A stretch of DNA of 42,017 nt from a virus. The DNA lies in IMG/VR virus record IMGVR_UViG_3300045988_006872, positions 1-42,017 of that record, one strand, 5' to 3'. The notes under the pieces are model-generated. The model saw only the letters and a list, made by a program, of their open reading frames with translations. It was not told where the DNA came from and made no database searches. Position 1 is the stretch's first letter. Each line of letters begins with the position of its first letter. The translations under genes and the position numbers were made by a program. Shown here in pieces: positions 17,772-23,517 of this stretch.

Positions 17772-18200
17772 ATGCAGGACAGACACGGCACGAATGATCT
17801 TGCAAACGGCGCTGTGCGGTACGGCGTGTACGATGCGGACGGGAGCCTGCTGCGGTACGAGTGGATCCGGCCAGAGGATGAGCCGCTGGAAGCCGGTACG
17901 CCGCTGCTCAAAGCAAACCTTCTGACGGACGCCACCGCCGCAAAGGTCTGGCCTGCGGGCAACGCGCCCGCTGACCCGAAGATCGACGAAGCACTCGCCA
18001 AGCTTACCACGCCGCGCGCCCGCCCCGGCGACGTCGTAACGACTGCCCGATATCTCGATGAGACATGGCACGTCTGCGACGGATCGACGTTTTCCCAGAC
18101 TGATTACCCGGCGCTGTACGCCGTTCTCGGTAGCACGACGCTGCCGGATATCAGCTATTCAAGCGACACCACGACATACATCAAAATGGTGGACGATTAG
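17772..18200 (+). CDS. Short paralogue of the preceding fibre (N-terminal anchor + collar motif only)
   Basis: 142 aa. The N-terminus aligns with 16353-17768 ('LANGAVRYGVYDADGSLLRYEWIRPEDEPLEAGTPLLKANLL'). Collar motif 'WHVCDGSTFSQTDYPALYAVLG'. Confidence 0.6.
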   Translation: MQDRHGTNDLANGAVRYGVYDADGSLLRYEWIRPEDEPLEAGTPLLKANLLTDATAAKVWPAGNAPADPKIDEALAKLTTPRARPGDVVTTARYLDETWHVCDGSTFSQTDYPALYAVLGSTTLPDISYSSDTTTYIKMVDD

Positions 18201-18229
18201 CCCGCCGGAAAGAGAAAGGTACATAATCA

Positions 18230-18568
18230 ATGGATGCTGGAACCATCACTGCGATCATCTGCGCCGTCCTCGGCTCGTCCGCGCTGACGGCGGTAGTCAA
18301 CGCCGCTATCAGTGCAAGACAGAAAAAGCAGGACAAGTCCGATAATCAAAACACCCACCTTGCAGAGATCGACAAGAAGCTCGATCGGATGCAGCAACAT
18401 CAGGCGGAGCAGTATTTGTCCATCCTGCGGCTGACAATCATGTCAGAGGAGATGCCAATGTCTGAGCGCCTGATCGCGGGGCAGAAGTATGTGAAGCTTG
18501 GCGGAAACGGCGATGTAAAAGCTTTCTTGCACCAGCTTGAAAAACAGTGCGAACACAATGGAGTTTAG
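18230..18568 (+). CDS. Lysis-cassette membrane protein (N-terminal TM + coiled coil)
   Basis: 112 aa; TM 'ITAIICAVLGSSALTAVVNAAI'. Position just before the holin and lysin. Confidence 0.5.
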   Translation: MDAGTITAIICAVLGSSALTAVVNAAISARQKKQDKSDNQNTHLAEIDKKLDRMQQHQAEQYLSILRLTIMSEEMPMSERLIAGQKYVKLGGNGDVKAFLHQLEKQCEHNGV

Positions 18569-18815
18569 TAAAAAGTGGATGCTCGGCAGCGCGCTCGTCA
18601 GCCTCGCGCTGATCATCGCCTGCGCTGCAGGCGCGGAGCTGACGGAAATCACGCTTGCCGCTATGGCCGAGACCACGGCCAGCACAGGGTTTTACCTCTG
18701 GAAAGCAAAAAACGAAAACCGCGCGAAGTACGCGCAGAAGTACATGGATAAATGGGCCGAGAAATACGGCCCGGAAGCGGCAGCACGCATCGCGGAGATC
18801 GTGCTGAAGGATTGA
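18558..18815 (+). CDS. Small membrane protein, holin-like (putative)
   Basis: Internal Met 'MEFSKKWMLGSALVSLALIIACAAGA'. Overlaps the preceding ORF. Confidence 0.45.
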   Translation: MEFSKKWMLGSALVSLALIIACAAGAELTEITLAAMAETTASTGFYLWKAKNENRAKYAQKYMDKWAEKYGPEAAARIAEIVLKD

Positions 18816-18828
18816 AAGGAGCATACAT

Positions 18829-19056
18829 ATGGAAAACATCAAGAAGCGGCTTGGCAATCTGCTGAGCGTCAAATCCCTCGTCACGCTCGGCCTGACCATT
18901 ATCTTCGCCGTCCTCGCCCTGCGCGGCGATATCACCGGAAAGGACTTTCTAACGATCTTCCTGACGGTCATCACGTTCTATTTCGGCACGCAGAGCCAGA
19001 AAGCGCAGGACGCCATCGATGCGGCAGGCAAACCGCAGGAGGACGCGCAGAAATGA
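18829..19056 (+). CDS. Holin (two TM helices)
   Basis: 75 aa. TMs 'LVTLGLTIIFAVLAL' and 'FLTIFLTVITFYFG', charged C-terminus, ATGA overlap with the endolysin. Confidence 0.6.
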   Translation: MENIKKRLGNLLSVKSLVTLGLTIIFAVLALRGDITGKDFLTIFLTVITFYFGTQSQKAQDAIDAAGKPQEDAQK

Positions 19057-19751
19057 GCATCATGAAAGCCTCCGAGCTCGTCAGGCGGCACATCGACGTC
19101 GCGAAGAATTACAAGACCGTTTATATGTGGGGCTGCTTTGGCTCGCCGGTCACGGATGGGATCATCGCAGAGAAGGCCAAACAATACCCGGACTGGTACG
19201 ACGCCGCAAAACAGGCCAGATTCCGCGGGCTGATCGGGAAGGGCTACTTTGGCTTTGACTGCGTGAATCTCACAAAGGGGATCCTGTGGGGATGGAACGG
19301 CAACAAAAACGCCTACCACGGCGGCGCCCGATACGCCGGAAACGCCGTCCCGGACGTCTCTGCCGACGGCATGATCGCCAAATGCAAGGACGTATCCGCA
19401 TCCGGCTGGGACAAGCTCGTCCCGGGCGAAGGCCTGTGGATGCCCGGCCACTGGGGGCTGTACATCGGAGACGGCTTGGCCGTTGAGTGTACGCCCATCT
19501 GGGATAATGGCGTGCAGATCACCGGCGTCGGCAACATCGGCGTCAAGGGCGGCTACAACAGCCGTGTATGGCAGAAGCACGGCAGGCTCCCGTGGGTGGA
19601 CTACGACACGGAAACCGTTGACAAGGCCGTCGAGGACGCTAAGAAGACCATCAAGGCAAAGGCCGGACTTGCGGACAACACGATCAAATATCTCGCCGAC
19701 TACAAGTACGGCGATGATCTCCTAAAAAAACTGGCTGCGGCTATGAAGTAA
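19053..19751 (+). CDS. Endolysin, NlpC/P60-like cysteine peptidase
   Basis: 232 aa. Candidate catalytic Cys in 'GFDCVNLTKGILWG' and His in 'GHWGLYIGDG'. Follows the holin. Confidence 0.7.
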   Translation: MSIMKASELVRRHIDVAKNYKTVYMWGCFGSPVTDGIIAEKAKQYPDWYDAAKQARFRGLIGKGYFGFDCVNLTKGILWGWNGNKNAYHGGARYAGNAVPDVSADGMIAKCKDVSASGWDKLVPGEGLWMPGHWGLYIGDGLAVECTPIWDNGVQITGVGNIGVKGGYNSRVWQKHGRLPWVDYDTETVDKAVEDAKKTIKAKAGLADNTIKYLADYKYGDDLLKKLAAAMK

Positions 19752-19763
19752 GGAGGCGGCGCG

Positions 19764-20012
19764 ATGGCACCGCATGCACGAGTTAATCTGCCGCCGGAGC
19801 TTGGCAGGCTGACGCGGAAGGACATGGAGGCTGTGATCTATCAGGCCAATCTTGGACGCGAGAACTCGCAGATCGCGCAGCTTTACTTCGTAGACAAGCT
19901 CCCGCAAGTGGACGTTGCGACAGAATTGTATCTTGGCCGCGCCACCGTGCAGCGCCGCCTGCCGGAGATCATGGCGCGGATGAAGGCTGCGTCCGGCAGT
20001 CTTCCAAACTGA
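19764..20012 (+). CDS. Sigma-70 region-4-like HTH protein (82 aa, region 4 only)
   Basis: GGAGG RBS. 'IAQLYFVDKLPQVDVATELYLGRATVQRRLPEIMARM' resembles sigma region 4 / ArpU-RinA-type HTH. Confidence 0.6.
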   Translation: MAPHARVNLPPELGRLTRKDMEAVIYQANLGRENSQIAQLYFVDKLPQVDVATELYLGRATVQRRLPEIMARMKAASGSLPN

Positions 20013-20098
20013 GCGGAAATGATGCACAAGTGATACGAAGCTGAGGCACATCAAAACGCAAAAAAGCCCATACTGGACACATCAAAGGAGTGTTCGGT

Positions 20099-20485
20099 AT
20101 GGGCTTTTCTTATTTCAATCCAAATCCCGCCGGGCGGCAGGTCGGGGACTGCACTGTTCGAGCAATCGCAAAGGCGACGGGGAAAAGCTGGGATGAAATA
20201 TATATCGGGCTGTGCTTGCAAGGTCTGATCTTGGGCGATCTTCCGAGTGCAAACAGTGTATGGGGTGCATACCTCCGGCAGCATGGTTTTACCCGGAACG
20301 TGATACCGGACACCTGCCCGGATTGCTACACGGTCGACAGGTTTGCCGATGAGCACCCGCGCGGGACGTATATTCTCGCCCTCTCTGGGCATGTAGTGTG
20401 CGTGCAGGATGGGACGATCTATGACAGCTGGAATAGCGAGGACGAAATCCCGCTTTATTACTGGGTAAAAGAAACGGAGGAATGA
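20099..20485 (+). CDS. Standalone papain-like (C39-like) Cys-His protein, function unknown
   Basis: AAAGGAG sits 8 nt upstream of ATG 20099. 'RQVGDCTVRAIAKATGKSW' supplies Gln and Cys; 'SGHVVCVQDGTIYDSW' supplies His and Asp. Confidence 0.5.
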   Translation: MGFSYFNPNPAGRQVGDCTVRAIAKATGKSWDEIYIGLCLQGLILGDLPSANSVWGAYLRQHGFTRNVIPDTCPDCYTVDRFADEHPRGTYILALSGHVVCVQDGTIYDSWNSEDEIPLYYWVKETEE

Positions 20486-20487
20486 AC

Positions 20488-21138
20488 ATGGCATATCCCT
20501 ATTTCAATCCCTATTATCAGCAGCCGATGCCGGATAACCTCATGCAGATGCGGCAGATGCAGCAGCCACAGATGCAGCCCATGCAGCAGCCTATGTCGCA
20601 GCCAGTGCAACAGAACCCCATCGCGCAGAGCGGCGTGCAGTGGGTAAGCGGCGAGCAGGAGGCAAGGGGTTATCTCATCGCGCCAAACTCCGCTGTGGCG
20701 CTGTGGGATTCTACCGCGCCGACTGTGTATCTCAAGCAGGCGGATGCAAGTGGAAAGCCGACGCTCAAGATTTATGACCTCGTAGAACGCACAGAAACGG
20801 CCCCTAACGCGCCACAAAAGCCGGGCGTGGAATTTGTCACCCGCGAGGAGTTCGACCGTCTAGCGGCGCTTGTGGGCGAAATAAAGGGTAAAAAGAAGCG
20901 CAAGGTAGAGAGGAGGACGAGGACGATGACTAATCCGTTCATGGCCGCGCTGGGCGGCGGGCAGATGCCGATGGGCAATTTTGCACAGATGGTGCAGCAG
21001 TTCAACCAGTTCAAAGCAAATTTCAAAGGCGACCCCAAAGCCGAGGTCGAAAAGCTCTTGCAGAGTGGTAGGCTAAACCAGCAGCAGCTCAATCAGCTAC
21101 AGCAGATGGCGAAGCAGTTTCAAAGCCTGATGCAGTAA
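20488..21138 (+). CDS. Q/P/M-rich protein with central beta-rich domain and C-terminal Q-rich helix (unknown function)
   Basis: GGAGG sits 7 nt upstream of ATG 20488. N-terminal 'QMRQMQQPQMQPMQQPMSQPVQQ', basic linker 'KGKKKRKVERRTRT', C-terminal 'QQQLNQLQQMAKQFQSLMQ'. Confidence 0.6.
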   Translation: MAYPYFNPYYQQPMPDNLMQMRQMQQPQMQPMQQPMSQPVQQNPIAQSGVQWVSGEQEARGYLIAPNSAVALWDSTAPTVYLKQADASGKPTLKIYDLVERTETAPNAPQKPGVEFVTREEFDRLAALVGEIKGKKKRKVERRTRTMTNPFMAALGGGQMPMGNFAQMVQQFNQFKANFKGDPKAEVEKLLQSGRLNQQQLNQLQQMAKQFQSLMQ

Positions 21139-21204
21139 TCATCAACATAAATCAACATCGTGGCCACGATTTGATGAATAAAAATTTTTCAAAGGAGTGA
21201 TACT

Positions 21205-21981
21205 ATGTCTCTTTCTGACGGCGGCGTTCAGGCCACTATGCCTGTTGCGCCAACCGGCATGATGAACAGCGGCTTTGGCGGCTTCGGTGGCGATGGCGCG
21301 TGGTGGATCATCATTCTTTTCCTGTTTGTTTTCTGCGGCTGGGGAAACAACGGCTGGGGAAACAACGGCAACAGCGGTGCTGCTGACAATTACGTCCTTG
21401 CAAGCGATTTTGCCACTCTTCAGCGCCAGATCGACAGCGCAGCATCGACGATCGAACGTAAAAGCGACATTACGCAGCAGGGCATCTGCGATGGCTTCTA
21501 CTCCATGAACACTACGCTGCTGAACGGCTTTGCGGGCGTCAATCAGAACATGAACAGCGGTTTCCAGAATGCCGAGCTTTCCCGCTGCAACCAGCAGGCA
21601 GCTCTCATGCAGCAGCTCAACGCCATGCAGATGCAGGCCGCAGATTGCTGCTGCGAAAACCGTGCAGCTATCGCCCAGGTGCGCTACGACATGGCGACGC
21701 AGGCGTGCGACACGCGCAACACCGTGCAGAACGCCACGCGCGACATCATTGACGCGAACAACCAGAACAGCCGCGCCATCCTCGACTTCCTGACGCAAAG
21801 CAAGCTGTCCGACCTCCAGACCGAGAATCAGAATCTGAAGCTGGCGGCATCTCAGGCCGCGCAGAACAACTATCTGATCTCGCAGCTGCGTCCGTGCCCT
21901 TCGCCTGCCTACATTACTTGTAACCCGTGGGCAGGCAGCGGTTACGGCGGCTGTGGCTGCAATCAGGGTTGTGGCTGCTGA
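21205..21981 (+). CDS. Membrane protein: YjcZ-like Gly-rich TM N-terminus, N/Q-rich helical body, Cys-cluster C-terminus (unknown function)
   Basis: AAAGGAG RBS. 'GFGGFGGDGAWWIIILFLFVFCGWGNNGWGNNG'; 13 Cys including 'CCC' and the terminal 'GGCGCNQGCGC'. Followed by a terminator. Confidence 0.65.
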   Translation: MSLSDGGVQATMPVAPTGMMNSGFGGFGGDGAWWIIILFLFVFCGWGNNGWGNNGNSGAADNYVLASDFATLQRQIDSAASTIERKSDITQQGICDGFYSMNTTLLNGFAGVNQNMNSGFQNAELSRCNQQAALMQQLNAMQMQAADCCCENRAAIAQVRYDMATQACDTRNTVQNATRDIIDANNQNSRAILDFLTQSKLSDLQTENQNLKLAASQAAQNNYLISQLRPCPSPAYITCNPWAGSGYGGCGCNQGCGC

Positions 21982-22050
21982 CAACTGCATAGCATAGCTT
22001 TTTCGTGACCTCACGAAAATGGTCGGCCCCGTGCCGATACTAACAACAAC

Positions 22051-22084
22051 GCGGCGGGGCAATAGCCCTGCCGCTGTATTTTTA
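22051..22084 (+). terminator. Rho-independent terminator
   Basis: 10-bp GC-rich stem gcggcggggc/gccctgccgc (one G-U pair), loop AATA, then TGTATTTTTA. Confidence 0.7.
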
Positions 22085-22100
22085 TGAAAGGAATGATTTT

Positions 22101-22523
22101 ATGGCTGAATTTACATCATCCGGGATTCAAACTGTCACCGCTGGGCAGAACGTCCCTCTGATCTCCACGGCGGCTTGTGGAAAGCCGTGCATCGTACATC
22201 GCGAAGGAAGCGGGCTTGTTACGCTGCGTGGTCTGACGCAGCAATGCAAGGCGAAGTTCCGCGTATCCTTTGGTGCTAATATCGCCGTCCCTACAGGCGG
22301 AACAGTAGGTGCCATTACCGCTGCGCTTGCAATCAACGGCGAACCTCTGAGCAGCGCCACAGCGACCGTAACCCCTGCGGCTGTTGAGAACTATTTCAAC
22401 ATCTTCGTTTCCGCATTCGTGGAAGTCCCGCGCGGCTGCTGCCTGACAGTAGCGGCGAAGAACACCAGCGTGCAGGCGGTAAGTTTCGCAAATAGCAATA
22501 TGATCGTCGAGCGCGTATCGTGA
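22101..22523 (+). CDS. BclA C-terminal-domain / C1q-TNF-like jelly-roll protein (putative), Cys-rich
   Basis: 140 aa. The pattern 'ANIAVPTGGTVGAITAALAINGEPLSSATATVTP...NTSVQAVSFANSNMIVERV' resembles exosporium BclA-CTD-type domains. 5 Cys. Confidence 0.45.
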   Translation: MAEFTSSGIQTVTAGQNVPLISTAACGKPCIVHREGSGLVTLRGLTQQCKAKFRVSFGANIAVPTGGTVGAITAALAINGEPLSSATATVTPAAVENYFNIFVSAFVEVPRGCCLTVAAKNTSVQAVSFANSNMIVERVS

Positions 22524-22537
22524 AAGGAGAATGCAAT

Positions 22538-22909
22538 ATGTACGATTTGAGAAACCTGCGTGAAATGCTCTGCAAAGAGCTTGACGAAATCGCCGACAAG
22601 CGCGAAATGTCTGCGGGCGATCTGGACGCGATCCAGAAGCTGACGAGCTCCATCAAAAACGCCTATAAGATTGAAATGCTTGAGGACGGCGGATACTCCC
22701 GCGACGGCGAATGGGAATCGGATATGCGCGGCACATATGGACGCGGAAGTTCATACCGTGGGCGCCGCCGCGACGCAATGGGCCGCTACAGCCGCACCGA
22801 CGCCCGCGAGCACATGCATGCGCAGCTGGAGGATATGATGCGCGACGCGGACGACGATAAAACCCGCGAAGCGATCCGCCGCTGCATGGAGCAGATCGAG
22901 CGGGCATAA
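22538..22909 (+). CDS. Small helical protein with R/G/Y/S-rich central segment (unknown function)
   Basis: AAAGGAG RBS. 'GGYSRDGEWESDMRGTYGRGSSYRGRRRDAMGRYSR' is flanked by helices. Confidence 0.6.
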   Translation: MYDLRNLREMLCKELDEIADKREMSAGDLDAIQKLTSSIKNAYKIEMLEDGGYSRDGEWESDMRGTYGRGSSYRGRRRDAMGRYSRTDAREHMHAQLEDMMRDADDDKTREAIRRCMEQIERA

Positions 22910-22918
22910 GGAGGAACT

Positions 22919-23251
22919 ATGCTGGATGAACGTGAAATCCGAAAGGAGATAGCCAGACTGGAATACGAAGAATCCAGCTATCGGAACTATGCGAAGCTTG
23001 CCGACCTCTATGCCATCCGCAGGGAGATGCATGGCGGCAGTGAGATTGTGGGTGCTTACTCTGCTGCTGCACCTCCTGAACCATCCGAACGGTACACCGT
23101 TGGCGAATATGGGGATAGTGATTTTTTGCTTGCCGTATCAGGCAAGGATCCTACTAGGGTATGGCCGATCATCGACGAGCTTATGGATACGCTGTCGATG
23201 GTGAACAAGCGCGTGTATGATTCTGTTATGCGAAAGATCGACATGATCTAA
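22919..23251 (+). CDS. Small hypothetical protein (110 aa)
   Basis: AAGGAGG RBS; last gene before attP. Confidence 0.6.
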   Translation: MLDEREIRKEIARLEYEESSYRNYAKLADLYAIRREMHGGSEIVGAYSAAAPPEPSERYTVGEYGDSDFLLAVSGKDPTRVWPIIDELMDTLSMVNKRVYDSVMRKIDMI

Positions 23252-23253
23252 CC

Positions 23254-23278
23254 TGTAAGCTACATTTTAAGCTACAAA
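23254..23278 (+). promoter_or_regulatory. Two tandem TAAGCTACA repeats: candidate arm-type integrase binding sites (P arm)
   Basis: taagctaca at 23256-23264 and 23268-23276. The same 13-mer tgtaagctacatt recurs at 23505-23517, on the other side of the tRNA fragment. Confidence 0.5.
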
Positions 23279-23312
23279 AGCAGAAACGCGCTGTGATACC
23301 AATGGCTTTTGA

Positions 23313-23376
23313 TCCCCTGCTAAGGGAGTAGGCGTCTAAAAAGCGCGCGAGAGTTCAAATCTCTCCTTCCGCGCCA
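23313..23376 (+). tRNA. Partial tRNA-Ser(GCU) copy (anticodon arm to CCA), the attP core; not a functional gene
   Basis: Anticodon loop ctGCTaa, long variable arm, T arm gagag-ttcaaat-ctctc, acceptor 3' strand cttccgc + g + cca. The required 5' acceptor strand GCGGAAG is absent; the sequence there is gcgctgt. Confidence 0.7.
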
Positions 23377-23423
23377 AAGTACCGCATTTGACCTGATTTT
23401 AAGTCAAATGCGGTACTTTTTTT
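23377..23423 (+). terminator. Rho-independent terminator right after the tRNA fragment
   Basis: 16-bp perfect stem aagtaccgcatttgac/gtcaaatgcggtactt, 10-nt loop, T7 run. Confidence 0.8.
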
Positions 23424-23438
23424 ATTATTTTATCCATG

Positions 23439-23448
23439 AAATGCTACA
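23439..23448 (+). promoter_or_regulatory. Variant arm-type repeat (aaatgctaca)
   Basis: 8 of 9 positions match TAAGCTACA. Lies between the core and the integrase gene. Confidence 0.35.
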
Positions 23449-23504
23449 CAAGTTGATTTTGGAAAGTCACATCGTATCATGCACGGTTCTATAAAATTGT
23501 ATTC

Positions 23505-23517
23505 TGTAAGCTACATT
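23505..23517 (+). promoter_or_regulatory. Arm-type repeat tgtaagctacatt (P' arm)
   Basis: Exact 13-mer copy of 23254-23266. Confidence 0.5.

Noticed and set aside
21205-21228. 'MSLSDGG' at the N-terminus of the Cys-rich membrane protein as a double-glycine leader for the neighbouring C39-like protein
   Set aside because: Seven residues is far too short for a C39-type leader (usually 15-30 aa with a conserved LS..EL..I.GG pattern), and no ABC exporter is present. Kept only as a remote possibility under the peptidase finding.
21142-22062. 306-aa minus-strand ORF opposite 21205-21981
   Set aside because: The + strand ORF has an AAAGGAG RBS at the right spacing, a coherent TM/N-Q-rich/Cys architecture and a downstream terminator. 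The minus-strand product is R/A/V-rich and would run against every neighbouring gene.
23287-23376. A complete phage-encoded tRNA-Ser gene
   Set aside because: Only the anticodon arm to CCA folds. The would-be 5' acceptor strand (gcgctgt) mismatches at 3 of 7 positions with cttccgc, and no D-arm can be formed. I interpret it as the attP core instead.
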